Source: Chiloscyllium plagiosum
Lineage: Eukaryota
DNA length: 62,033 nucleotides
NCBI RefSeq assembly: GCF_004010195.1
Contig: NC_057718.1
Coordinates: 14,035,001 to 14,097,033 of the forward strand
Direction of reading: 5' to 3'
Shown piece by piece: positions 40,680-52,846 of this stretch (the stretch's first letter is position 1; every line of letters starts with the position of its first letter). The notes beneath the pieces were generated by a model. It made no database searches. It saw only the letters and a list, made by a program, of their open reading frames with translations, and was not told where the DNA came from. The position numbers and the translations under genes are program-made.

Positions 40680-40990
40680 TAGACAATGTTGTCAACGATT
40701 AGTAATCTTGAGAATTGTTTTGGGCTGTACAGAAGGACCTCTCTTGAGCCATCCAGATAATGAAACTATTGTTTCAGGCTGTTATACTGGTCTGCTTTAT
40801 CAGAACCGTTGTCTTTGATTTGTTCTATATTGTCACTCTTGTCTTTGATCGAGTCCCTGAAAGCATTCATGAGCCAGATTGCAAAGTTATATTCTATTGG
40901 CACTTTTAATCACCAACTTGCCCTGCAATAACCAGGGTGAACCAGAGATGTTGAGAACTGGCATAACATGAAAGTGGTATGACCACTTCT
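40680..40990 (-). mobile_element. Possible Gypsy integrase relic
   Basis: Minus strand yields LAHECFQGL (cf. LAHEGHQG zinc-binding region) and LLIVD in other frames; highly decayed. Confidence 0.35.
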
Positions 40991-41029
40991 AGGAAACCAA
41001 TGTACATGACATCACAAACAAGTTGTGCA

Positions 41030-41420
41030 TTGAGTGAATGGAAATCCTCTTCTTATTGTTTTTGGTCTCCACAATAAAGCCTTTCCTTGGCTACCAATTC
41101 TGTCCCTTTCTGCCAATGAGCTGAATCTGAGTCAGACTGTTCAAACTCTTGATGTGATTTCTTACATCTCTCCTCTATCATCAAGAAATCAAGGATGTGT
41201 ACTTCTACTTCCATAAAGTTGCCCACCTTCATCCCTGCCTGAACACCAACTCACCTGCTGCTGAAAACCCCTATTCATGTTCTTTTACCTCAAGACTTGC
41301 CTATTCCAATGTTGTCCTGGCTAACCTTCTATTGTCCATCCTACATTAACTTTTCCTTGTCCAAAATTTGTTGCCTATATCTTAACTTGCAGAAAGCCCT
41401 GACGAGCCATTGTTAGCTGT
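41030..41420 (+). mobile_element. L2 LINE C-terminal relic
   Basis: gctgctgaaa...attcatg...acctcaagacttgcctattccaat resembles the L2 motif AAE.LIH.F.TSRLDY.N.LL. Confidence 0.6.
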
Positions 41421-41429
41421 GCCTCAATT

Positions 41430-41810
41430 CAAGAATGATGTCTTCTCAGGGTCGTGCTTTTTTGGGTGTGGGGGTCTTCATGTGATTGAACAGGCTGATA
41501 TTTGTAGATCTTTGGATGCATGCATGACATCACATGAGGTAGTGTGTTGTGGAGAGCAAGATTTGCTTCCTTTAGTTTCCTTCTGAGCTGCTCTTCTACA
41601 TTATCTTTAAGGCATTTGGACTGAAAGCATGATATAGCTCAATAGATAAGTTGTCACCATTTGTACAATTGGTAGCAAGCACCTTCCAGTCATTGATGTC
41701 ATTGCTACCATGCTTTAAGGGAAGACAGAGTGTCTTTGCAGCATTTTCTTTACCCTCCCCAGAGCAGTGGCCAATTAAAAATTGAGAAAACAACACTTAT
41801 CAGGGAAAAT
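41430..41810 (-). mobile_element. RTE-type LINE 3' relic
   Basis: ORF 41596-41796 (LFSQF..G...G...K.L...LK...DINDWKVLA) resembles the RTE C-terminus. Confidence 0.5.
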
Positions 41811-42244
41811 GATTTTTTTCAGCTATCTAGGCAAGGTGTACGGTTCTTTATAGTGAGTTTTGCAGTTTTGCCTGATTACTTTTTGTCTGAATACTTATAC
41901 AGCTATATTCAAGAAGTACACGAGCATTTATTCACTGTGCTCCCCCCCATCCCTTCCACTGAATAAGGAGGATGACACAAGGCATTGTTGGTAGATTTTC
42001 TCTTGTGTGTCACTGATACACAGTCCGGATATTCCTAAATGGTAGTGTGAATCCCTTTAAATAATGCATCTGAAGACTATTTCTTAACTGTTCCTGCTGT
42101 GATTTGCTGAATGGACTTAAGAAGTGCTGATTTATGCATGCACTGACACCAATTTAACTAATGAGCCTTGGTCATTGATCAAAACCTTATACCTTAGGCA
42201 ACTACCAGGGACATCTATATAAACACATGAGTAATAAATATATC

Positions 42245-42249
<5 letters not shown>

Positions 42250-42276
<27 letters not shown>
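42250..42276. repeat. (AT)n microsatellite
   Basis: About 13 AT units. Confidence 0.95.
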
Positions 42277-42280
<4 letters not shown>

Positions 42281-42895
42281 CAGCTCAGGAACCTTTCATT
42301 GCAAAATGCCAGGGTGGTGAGGAGTTTTGATCTAGAAAATGGTCAAGAAGTCTAATCCATTTCTACCCATAGTCTCATCAAGGCCACATGCCATTTGAAA
42401 CTGGTCTTGCACGTCCTGTTTGTAGTGCCCCTTGTTTTCTGTACGTTTTAAAATTCTCATTTTATTTGATCTGCTGCTTGAATTTCCACTAATCACTTAA
42501 CCAAACATCAAACTCATCTCTGCCAAATTTCAATTTGTTACATTTTCTGTAGTGAATTTGATTTGCAGTTTTTCTTTCAGTGATAGAGCTTCCCAAATCC
42601 TTTTTGAAGTTGTGTACGTTGATATTCATTGATATTCTTCAATTCAGTAACATTTGTTTGGAACTTTAGGTGCAATTCCTTTTGCCTAATTTATTCATAA
42701 AAACAATGAACAATCCATTACAGTGTGCTGCCTCACTGCCATGCCACCTTAAAGTTTCCTATTATCAGTGTTTATGGCTAATATCCTAATATAATGATTC
42801 ACCATTACAACAGTGACTACTCTGAGATTGCAATGGTGCTAAATAAATGTATAAGTTTTATCTTCATGTGCATTTAAAAAAAATTTTCTTTATAG

Positions 42896-42938
42896 ATACA
42901 GACCCCAACCGGAAGACGTTATTTTGCGAGCATTTGAG
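42896..42938 (+). CDS. EFCAB2: EFCAB2/DRC8 internal coding exon D (43 nt)
   Basis: ttttctttatag|A TAC AGA CCC...TTT GAG|gtatgg; YRPQPEDVILRAFE; phase 2 matches exon C. Confidence 0.92.
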
Positions 42939-44210
42939 GTATGGTTGAATTTAAAATTCCATTTCCTAAAGCCTGCTTTGAAATAGCATAGTTTCTAGTT
43001 TCAGTACTTCTGATCATTATTCATTTCGAGTGCAAAAAGTTAAGAAATTTTACAGATAGACAGCCCAGAGCAGCCAGTTCAGCCCATCTTGTCATTGCCA
43101 GCTGTAAAATAACTATCCAGTCCAAACCAACTTTCCAGCATTCGGTCTTTAGCCCTGTCTTTTTCAAAATGTGATGATGATTTCTGCTTCTAACACCCCT
43201 TCAGGAAATGAGCTCCAGATTCCCAACAAACCCTCTGGGAGATTTGCAGGCACCAAAACCAGACAGTCCAACTTGTGAAATATCACAGTTCAGTGTCTCT
43301 TTCAAGCTGAGACAAAGGTTTCATCACTTCTCATCCCAGACCCATTGGTTAAAATGGCATCTTTTCATCTTAGGATATGCTTAAAATGAATGGCATGAGA
43401 TGGCTAATTTGAAGTGTATCTCAAGGGGGTGAGGAGTTTTTTTTAATCAATAAACCAGGTAGACTACTAAAGGCAGGAAGTACAAGCGTCTCAACACTCT
43501 CACTGGGTGGGGGAACAAACTGACAGAGTCATTTAAACAGACAGATAACATATAAAATTGATGGGTACTAAAAGATGAGCTGATACATTGAAGAGCCAAT
43601 AAGTTTAGATGATGAGGATGGGAAAAAAACCTTGTGGAATAAAACACTGAATTAGACCAGTTGGATCAAACGGCCTGTGTCCATATGGTAAATTCAATGT
43701 GAAAGCTAATCTTTAGAAGATAGATGTCAAATAACAGCAGATCAGTTTTTGCGGTTAGAAGTAGTCAGAAAGGAAGGCACTGCCAAAAGCAAGAAAGGAA
43801 CAGGTCATCTAGCTGAATACTTTTTCCTTGCATCATCAACTGAAAAGTGAGACTAAGTTACATAAGTGTTACCTACTTTGACTATTACTCACTTGCTATC
43901 AGTGAAATGAAGTAGTTCAACAATTACTGCTTGGCCTCACCTTACCAAGTACATGGCTTCAAAATGATTAGAAATGCACAGGGTAGGTCACACATGCTCC
44001 ATGAAGAGAGCAGTTTGGATCAGAATTATTTCCACTTCTGGGCTACAGTATCATACTAGTTCAGTGTTACGGTGTCATTGGGACCTGTGAGTACCTGGCA
44101 CTGCATTTGACAAAATATCAAAAGTAAAACCCAAAACTTGCAAATATCCATTAAGGAGTTCTAAATTTAATCATCAACCTTTTAATGTCACTGCTACATT
44201 TCATCACCAG

Positions 44211-44277
44211 GTGTTGGATCAAACTAAAAAAGGATATCTTACCCAAGAGGAACTTACAAAATATTTGACTGAAGAAG
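44211..44277 (+). CDS. EFCAB2: EFCAB2/DRC8 internal coding exon E (67 nt)
   Basis: tttcatcaccag|GTG TTG GAT...GAA GAA G|gtactg; VLDQTKKGYLTQEELTKYLTEE(G), EF-hand loop DQTKKGYLTQEE. Confidence 0.92.
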
Positions 44278-45357
44278 GTACTGTTTCTTTTCTGTATATT
44301 GTGTATATATGTATACATATGGCATGAACTTTCTGTAAATGTAACACCTCCTTCCAATAATACCTTCTTATGCTTTTTGTATTATGCTTAACCATTCTGG
44401 AGCTGAAAACACATGGCATTATGGTTGAGAAGGGAAAGATGACCAAATGGCAATTTTTGATTTTGGTTGGGGCGTTATTATACCAGTCTTGGAGCCCTTT
44501 TTGTTTCTGATGGAAAATTGCCAGGCACTTATGATGGGATAACATTCAACATGCTCAGTTTCCCAAATGCCCTCGCAGCATCGAATGAAGAGGAATGACT
44601 GAAAATTCTTCCCATGTTACTGCTAGATCTTAGTAATTCCACCAGTAACATGGTCCCACCACTGTAAAACTCATCTGGATTCTCCTTTACCTTATGCCAT
44701 AACACACAAAGCAATATTACTTGAGTCCAATACTCATACCTGTTCCTAATACCCACAAACCCTCCCCCATCACTACTCCTAAACTGCACATATTTAAAAC
44801 CAGTCTGTTGTATTTCCTACCACATTCCTCAGTCTTCTGGTCTTATGGTAATATGGTCTTACCTTTGACTTTAAAAGAAACAGTTAAAAAAATGTAATTC
44901 TTTAAGTTTCTAAGGAAAATCTAAGGAGTTGCACAATTTAATCAAAACTGCCAGAATATCATGCAATGAAAATATAATTTGACTTACTCTGTTATTACAA
45001 ACAAGTGGCCCTGCTAATATGTTGTGGCTGCAATTGTTCATAGGATAAAACATCTTTTGTTGCAAGACAGATTTTTTTTTAACTCACCATGGACAAAACC
45101 TTGGAATCTGTAAGTAATATTATAGAAAAAACTTCACACTGTCTACACTTCTTGTTAATTAGGTTTTGAATGCCTGTTGAAAATATATGTCATCATTGGC
45201 AGAGTATAAAGAATCAAAAGAATCCTCAGGAACAATACATATTAGAGCCATAGTATCTGCATTCTCTCAGTCGACCTCTGTGTGAACAGTGTTTACATTT
45301 GTGACCTGAAAGGGGCACATAAATACACATTGGTGGAGGGCAATGAAGAAATAATTT

Positions 45358-45700
45358 TAATTTATATAGTGCCTTATGTAAAGATACCTCAAATCGTTCT
45401 ACAGGAAGTGCAGTCACAGTTATTATATAGGCTGATACAGCAGCTGATTTCCATATAGCATGGTTCTACAAACAGTAACTGAGACAAATAACTAGATAAC
45501 CTGGTGGAGGTATATAGTATGAGAAAAAGAGTTACAGGCTCAAAGTGTTCACCGACGATACCAGCAAGACTACTTGATCTTTCCTCAGGTACTTTACATC
45601 CACCTGAACAAGTAAGTGGAACCTTGTTTTATGTTGTATTAAAAAGATGTCAGCTCCTGCAAAGTAGTGTTCTATCTGCACTGAGTGAGCCAGGCTAATA
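45358..45700 (-). mobile_element. Degenerate Deu-domain SINE (SacSINE1/AmnSINE1-like)
   Basis: Reverse complement has caggtggatgtaaag, gtgactgcacttc and ggcactatataaat, recalling the Deu domain and tail from memory. Confidence 0.5.
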
Positions 45701-46417
45701 CTTGTAGAAAATATTAGGATAGGTTTTCCTTTGAATGTGTGTTTTAGGCAACCAAGAGTCAGAGCAGAAATCTTCCCCTCCCTCATCCACTCCTGTGTAT
45801 TCACCTGACCGTCAGCAGAATGTCTGGTCCATTTTGGGGCAAGTTATAACCAATATCCGGCATTAATGTGTGTTAATATTAACATAGCCTGCAAATACTC
45901 CTGTTCCTCTTAGTCCCATAAAACTAAATCAGTCTTTAGCATCTTATATACCTCAATTACATTTCCTCTGATCCTCCTAAACTCTAGCAACTATAGGTCT
46001 AAGCTTAATCTCTCCTCATATGACAAGCCTTTCATGTCTAGAATTAATCTAGTGAACCTTCTCTCAATTATATCTTTCCTCAAGGTAGTGGACCAAAACC
46101 TGTACATAGTACACCAGATACAGGCTCACCAATGCCTTGTACAATTGCATTATGGAAGAATAGAGACATGGACTATTTTCTAAATGGGGAAAGGCTGTGG
46201 AAATCTGAAATATAAGGGAAGTTGGGAGCCCTAATTCAGCATTTTCTTCGCAAGTTAGGAAGGCAAATGCAATGTTATCATTTATTTCAAGAGGGATAGA
46301 ATACATGAGCAGAAGTGTATTGCTGAGACTATGTAAGGGTCTTGCAGACTACACTTAGAATATTATGAGCAGTTTTGCACCCCATAACTAAGGGAGAATG
46401 TGCTGGCTTTGGAAGGG

Positions 46418-47690
46418 TTTTTTTATTCATGTGTGGGATGTGGGCATCACTTGCTGGTCAGCATTTATTGCCCATCCCTAGTTGTCCTTGAGCAGATAGG
46501 TGGGAAGGAAGATTTACAGAATGGACAGGTGATGAGGATGATGCTGAGCTGGAAGGTTGGAACTGGGGTAAGGTGGGGGGGCAGGGGAAATGAGGAAACT
46601 GGTGAAGTCCACATTGATGCCATGGGGTTGAAGGGTCCCCAGGCAGAAGATGAGGCGTTCTTTCTCCAGGCATCAGGTGGTAAGGGAGTGGCGATGGAGG
46701 AGGTCCAGGACCTGCATGTCCTCGGCAGAGTAGGAGGGGGAGTTGAATTGTTCAGCCATGGGGCAGTGGGTTTGATTGGTATGGGTGTCCTGGAGATGTT
46801 CTCTGAAGGACTTGTGAGTAGGAGTCCCGTCTCCCCAATGTAGAGGAGACCGCATCGGGAGCAATGGATACAGTAAATGAGATTTGTGGAAGTGCAGGTG
46901 AAACTTTGATGCATGTGGAAGCCTCGTTTGGGGCCTTAGGTGTAGGTGAGGGGGGAGGTGTGGATGAAAGTTTTGCAATTCCTGCGGTCGCAGGGGAAAG
47001 TGCCAGGAGGGGAGGGTGGGTTGTTTGGGGCAAGGACCTGACCAGATAGTCGTGGAGGGAACGCTCTTTCCAGAACTTTGAGGATTTAAGAAGTGGGTTA
47101 CTCATCACAGTATTCCTAGCGTCTGACCTGCTGTTGTAGCCACAGTGTTTATTTGATGAATCCAGTTGAGTTGCTGGTCAGTGGTAATCCCCAGGATGTT
47201 GATAGTGGGGGATTCAGTCATTGTAACACCATTGAATGTCAAGGGGTGGTGATGAGATTGTCTCTTAGGTCATTGCCTGGGATTTGTATAGCACAAATGT
47301 TACGAGGCACTTGTCAGCCTAAGCATGGAAATTGTCCAAATCTTGTTGTATTTGAACATGTGCTGCTTCAGTACCTAAGGAGTCATGAATGGTGCTGAGT
47401 ATTGTGCAATTATCAGCGCACAGCCCCACTCCTGACCTTATGATGCAGGGAATGTCATTGATGAAGCAGCCGAAGATGGGTGGGTTCAGGACACTACCCT
47501 CAGGGACTCCTGCAGAGATGTCCTGGAGCTGAGATGACTGACCTCCAACAACCAAGATCACGTTCCTTTGTACCAGGTATGATACCAACCAGTGGAGAGT
47601 TTGCCCTCTGATAACCATTGATTCCAGTTTTGCTAGGACTCTTGAAGCCACCCTCAGTTGAATGCAGCCTTTATGCCACTCTTGCCTCAC
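46418..47690 (-). mobile_element. Crack/L2-group LINE fragment (tail 46418-46492, RT 47078-47690)
   Basis: ORF 47319-47690: ISAGVPEGSVLNP..F..FINDIP...ADNCT; matching tail. Confidence 0.8.
46493..47077 (-). mobile_element. Neptune-type PLE fragment (Cys-rich linker and GIY-YIG)
   Basis: HQSFTCTSTNLIYCIHCSRCGLLYIGETG and RSLHDYLVRS. Confidence 0.85.
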
Positions 47691-50012
47691 TTCTGATTGA
47701 AACTTACAGAATAGGGAGACCTGAATAGTGTGGACATTGAGAAGATGTTTCCACTAATAGAGAGACAAGGTCCCAAGGTCTCAGCCTTGGAATGAAGGGA
47801 CAACCCTTTAGAACTGAGATAAGGAGGAATTTCTTCAGACAGAGGGGGTTAATCTGTGGAACTCATTGAAATAGATAGATTCTTGATTTGTATGAGGATC
47901 AAGGATTTCAGGGAAAAGGCAGGAGGATGGAGTTGAGAAACATATAAGCCAGGATCAAATGGCAGAGCAGACTCAATAGGCTAAGTGGTGTCCTTTTGTT
48001 CTTATCTCTTATAGTTTAGCAACACTTCTGTACTTTTAAACTGCATTGCTTTAGCAGGAAATGCAAAATTTCATTTGCCTTCCTTAGTATTAGCTATATC
48101 TGCACACGAGCTTTCTGCAATGTGTGCATGAGGATGCCCAATCCCTCTGCATCCAAACATTTTGAAGTTTCTGTCCATTTAGATAATAAGGTGCCTTTTT
48201 ATTCTTCTAAGCAAAATGGATAACCTTACAATTATCCACATTAAACTCCAAATGCTAACTTTTGGCCCATTTACCTCACCTTTCTATACCTATTTAAAAT
48301 TTCTTATTTCTACTTTGCAGCTTACTTTCCCACTTATTTTAGTGTCAGCTGCAAATTTGGCTATACTATATTCATCCCTGCATCCAAGTCATTAATATAG
48401 ATTGTCAATGGTTGGTGCCAGAGGTCAGATTCTGTGGCACCCCACCAGTTGTAGGGGTGGTGATGGTCTAGTAGTATGATTGTTAGAAGCTCACCCAATG
48501 TTCTGGGAACATGGGTTTGATTCCCACCATGGCCGATGGTGGAATTTGAATTCATTACAAAAGAACCTGGAATTAAGAATCTATTGATGACCATGAAACT
48601 ACTGCTGATTGTCAGACAAAACCCAGCTGCCTCACTAATGTCATAAACACTGTCATTGTCATGACATCTGCCATCCTCATCTGCTCTGGCCTGTACATGG
48701 CTCCAAATCCACAGCAATATGCTGTCTGAAATGGCCAAGCAAACCACTCAATTGTATCAATTGCTACAAAGTCTCATCAAAGAAGTAAAAAAGGGGACCG
48801 ACCACTTGGTGTAAACCTAGGCACCGGAAAAGAGACAATGGCAGAAACAGTCCTGCAAAGTCCCCCTTACCAACATCTGGAAGCTCATACCAAAATTGGG
48901 AAAGCTACCTCACAGATCAGTCAAGCAATAGCTAAAAACAAGGTGGCAACCTAGTGAAGCTACAAACCAGCATAAGCAGCAACTGACAGACAAAAGCTAA
49001 GTGATCCCACAACCGAAACATTAGATCTAAACCCTGCAGTCCTGCCACATCCAGTGGTAGTGGACAATTAAACAATTCATTGGAAGAAGAGGCTCCACAA
49101 ATATCCCCATCCTCAATGATGAAAGAGCAAAACACAACAGTGCAAAAGATAAAGCTGAAGCATTCACGGCAATCTTCAACTAGAAACGATGAGTGGATGA
49201 TCCATCTAGGCATCTTCCAGTGGTTCCCAGCATTACTGACACCAGTCTTCAGCCAATTCAATTCACTGCATTGATATCAAAAAATGGTTGGAGACACTGG
49301 ATACTGCAAAGGCAATGGGCTCTGACAACATTCTAGCAATAGTACTGAAAATTTGTGCTCCTGAACTTGCTGTCCCCTAGCCAAGCTCGTTCAGCACAGT
49401 TATAACACTGGCATCTATCCGACAATGTGGAAAATTGCCCAGGTTCTTCTGTACACAAACAGCAGAACAAATGTAACCTGACCAATTACTGCCCTTATCT
49501 CGATCATCAGTAAAGTGATGGTAGGTGTCATTAACAGTGCAATCAAGCAGCACCTGCTCAGCAATAACCTGCTCACTGATGCCCAGTTTGCATTCCACCA
49601 GGTCCACTCAACTCCAGACCTTGGTTCAAGCATTGATAAAAGAACTGAATTTTTGAGGGGAAAGTGACAACTCTTGACATCAAGGCCACGTTCGATCGAG
49701 AGTGGCATCAATGAGTCTTAGCAAAACTGGAATCAGTGGGTATCAGGGAAAACTCTCCATTGGTTGGAGTCATACCTGGCACACGAAGATAGTTGTGGCT
49801 GTTGAGGTCAGTCATATTAGCTCTAGGACATCTCTGCAGGAGTCCCCACCATCTCCAGCTGCTTCATCAATGACATTCCCTGCATCGCAAAGTCAGAAAT
49901 GGGGATGTGTGCCAATGATTGCACAATGTTCAGCACCAGTTGTGACTCCTCAAGTACTAAAGCAGTCCATGTTCAAATGCAACAAGATCTGGACAATTTC
50001 CAGGCTTGGACT

Positions 50013-50344
50013 TGTTATGGATCAGGCCAGATACCCTCAAAACATTTCAAGAAAGTTGCCCAGACCCTAACTTTTTGAGTTCTTCTAAGCAGACGTATCA
50101 TGGATATTTCAGGAGTGATGCAGCTGGTCAAACTACTCAGTTTTAAACAAAACAGAATTTATTTACAGACTACTGAACAAAACACAAGCAAAAGAAATCA
50201 GAATTCAGAATAACAACTATTCGAAAACCCACAACCTAACAAAGAGCTGTTCCGATTTCCTGTACTATTCCATAAAAACACCCCTTGGCAAAAAGGTAAA
50301 TTCAAACACAGGTTCTTACATGAGAGAGAGATAGCAGAGAGGAT
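50013..50344 (-). mobile_element. Partial solo LTR (39336 family)
   Basis: Starts tgttatgga.caggccaga; homologous to 39336-39660. Confidence 0.65.
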
Positions 50345-51594
50345 CTACTTTTTGTATTTATATAAATGATTCGGATACGAGCATAAGAGGTAAAGTTAGT
50401 AAGTTTGCAGCTGACACCAAAATTGGAGGTGTAGTGGACAGCGAAGAAGGTTACCTCAGATTACAACAGGATCTTGATCAGATGGGCCAATGGGCCGAGA
50501 GGAGTTTAACTCAGATAAATACAAGGTGCTGCCTTGTGGGAAAGCAAATCTTAGCAGGACTTACACACTTAATGGTAAGGTCCCAGAGAGTGTTGCTGAA
50601 CAAAAAGACCTTGGAGTGCAGGTTCATCGCTCCTTGAAAGTGGAGTCGCAGGTAGATAGGATAGTGAAGAAAGCGTTTGGTATGCTTTCCTTTATTGGTC
50701 AGAGTATTGAGTACAGGAGTTGGGAGGTCATGTTGTGGCTGTACAGGACATTGGTTAGGCTGTACAGGACATTGCGTGCAATTCTGGTCTCCTTCCTATT
50801 GGAAAGATGTTGTGAAACTTGAAAGGGTTCAGAAAAGATTTCCAAGGATGTTGCTAGGGTTAGAGGATTTGAGCTATCGGAAGAGGCTGAACAGGCTGGG
50901 TGCGGCACAGTGGCACAGTGGTTAGCACAGCTGCCTCACAGTGCCAGAGATGCGGGTTCAATTCCTGCCTTGAGCAATTATCTGTGTGGAGTTTGCACAT
51001 TCTCCCCGTGTCTGTGTGGGTTTCCTCCCACAGTCCAAAGATGTGCAGGTCAGGTGAATTGGCCATGCTAAGTTGCCTGTAGTGTTAGGTGAAGGGGTAA
51101 TGGGTCTGGGTGGATTGCTCTTCGGAGGGTCGGTGTGGAATTGTTGGGCCGAAGGGCCTGTTTCCACGCAGTAAGTAATCTCATGTAGGCTGGGGTTGTT
51201 TTCGTTGGAGGCTGAGGGCTGACCTTATAGAGGTTGACAAAATTATGAGGGGCATGGATAGGATGAATACACAAAATCTTTTCCCTTGGATTCGGGGAGT
51301 CCAGAACTAGAGGGCATTGGTTTGGGTGAGAGGGGAAAGATATAAAAGAGACCTACGGGGCAATTTTTTCACGTAGAGGGTAGTACGCTTATGGGATTAG
51401 CTGCCAGAGGAAGTGGTGGAGGCTGGTACAACTGCAACATTTAAGAGGCATTTGGATGGGTCTATGAATAGGAAGGGTTTGGAGTGATATGGCCGGGTGC
51501 TGGCAGGTGGGACTAGTTGTGTTGGGATATCTGGTCGGCATGGACTGGTTGGACTGAAGGGTCTGTTTCCATGCTGTACATCTCTATGACTCTA
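50345..51594 (+). mobile_element. CR1 3' part containing an HE1 insertion
   Basis: KFAADTK, DLGVQVH, VQFWSP, 3' UTR with tatgactc. Confidence 0.95.
50901..51186 (+). mobile_element. HE1-type V-SINE
   Basis: V-domain; 8-bp TSD aggctggg at 50893-50900 and 51187-51194. Confidence 0.9.
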
Positions 51595-51681
51595 AGTCTT
51601 GAGTTTGATAGAAAACTTCCCACTTGCCTAGATGGGTCCAGTTCCAATAACACTCAAGAAGCTTGACACCATCTAGGACAA

Positions 51682-51894
51682 GAGGAGAAAGTGAGGTCTG
51701 CAGATGCTGGAGATCAGAGCTGAAAATGTGTTGCTGGTAAAGCACAGCAGGTCAGGCAGCATCCAGGGAACAGGAGAATCGAGGTTTCGGGCATAAGCCC
51801 GATTCCTGATGAAGGGCTTATGCCCGACACGTCGATTCTCCTGTTCCTTGGATGCTGCCTGACCTGCTGTGCTTTACCAGCAACACATTTTCAG
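51682..51894. mobile_element. Short PLE-derived fold-back element with hammerhead core
   Basis: 37-nt tail, ~82-bp arms (51719-51800 and 51814-51895), CTGATGA-a-gggc-ttat-gccc-GACA-cGTC at 51806-51833; 15-bp TSD caccatctaggacaa. Confidence 0.85.
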
Positions 51895-52294
51895 CACCAT
51901 CTAGGACAAAGCAGCCAGCTTAATTGGCACTGCAACCACTCCCTCCACCATCAATGCTCAGTAGCGGCAGTGTATATGTTCTACAAGATGCACTGCAGAA
52001 ATTCACTGAAGATCCTTACGCAGCTCCTTCCAAACGCATGATGACTTCCATCTAGAAGCACAAAGGTAGCAGATACATGGGAACATCATCACCCACCAAG
52101 CCACTGACCAAGCTGACTTATATGACAGTTACTTCACTGTCACAGGGTTGACATCCTGGAAATCCCTCCCATGGGCACTGTGTGTGGGCATGTGGGACTG
52201 CAGCAATTCAACAAGGCAGCTTACCACTACCTTTTCTAGGGCAGCTAGGGACAGGCAATAAATGCTGGCCAGTCTGCAACACCATGTCCCATCA

Positions 52295-52540
52295 GTCATA
52301 GAGTTATAGAGATGTATAGCACGGAAACAAACTCTTTGGTCCAACTTGTCCATGCAGATTAGCTATCCCAACCCAATCTAGTCCCACCTGACAGCACCCG
52401 GCCCATATCCCTTCAAACCCTTCCTATTCATGTACCCATCCAGGTGCCTTTTAAATGTTGCAATTGTACCAGCCTCCACCACTTCCTCTGGCAGCTCATT
52501 CCATACACATACCACCCTCTGCGTGAAAAAGTTGCCCCTT
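52295..52540 (-). mobile_element. CR1 3' tail
   Basis: FFTQRVVCVWNELPEEVVEAG...RWD plus 3' UTR. Confidence 0.9.
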
Positions 52541-52846
52541 AGTGTTTTTAAAAACTTACAGCTTGCCAACAGGAAAAGACACATTTATCCCAACTTGCTG
52601 CTTTCTGTTGTTATGGACCTGACCAGACCCCCTCAAAATATTTTAAGAAGGTAGCCTAAACCCTAACGTTTTCTTATTTTAAAGGCAAATGTAAAATTCT
52701 ATGTTCCAAAAGCAATTCAACTAGTGAAACTTCTTAATGTTAAGCAAAACACAATTTATTCAAACACTATGATTAAAATATTACAAAAGAAAGAAGAGCT
52801 TAGAATAACTTAACTCTATTGGAAACCTTAACAGAATAATAGATAT

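Larger units (their letters stand above)
46150..48012 (+). mobile_element. CR1 3' part in two pieces (46150-46417 and 47691-48012)
   Basis: gttaggaaggcaaatgcaatgtt...cacttagaatatt; resumes ctgattgaaacttacag; 3' UTR ends tctcttatag. Confidence 0.75.
48454..52294 (+). mobile_element. Crack/L2-group LINE with tRNA-derived 5' head (pieces 48454-50012, 51596-51681, 51895-52294)
   Basis: Head with B box gggtttgattccc at 48513-48525; KVPLTNIWKL.PKLG (APE motif-I-like, ~48855); RT AMGSDNI..., MWKIAQV, LLTDAQF.F; shared 3' tail. Confidence 0.8.

Noticed and set aside
44529..44789. Possible ancient L1 RT relic (FDAARAFGKL)
   Set aside because: A single weak motif is not enough to annotate.
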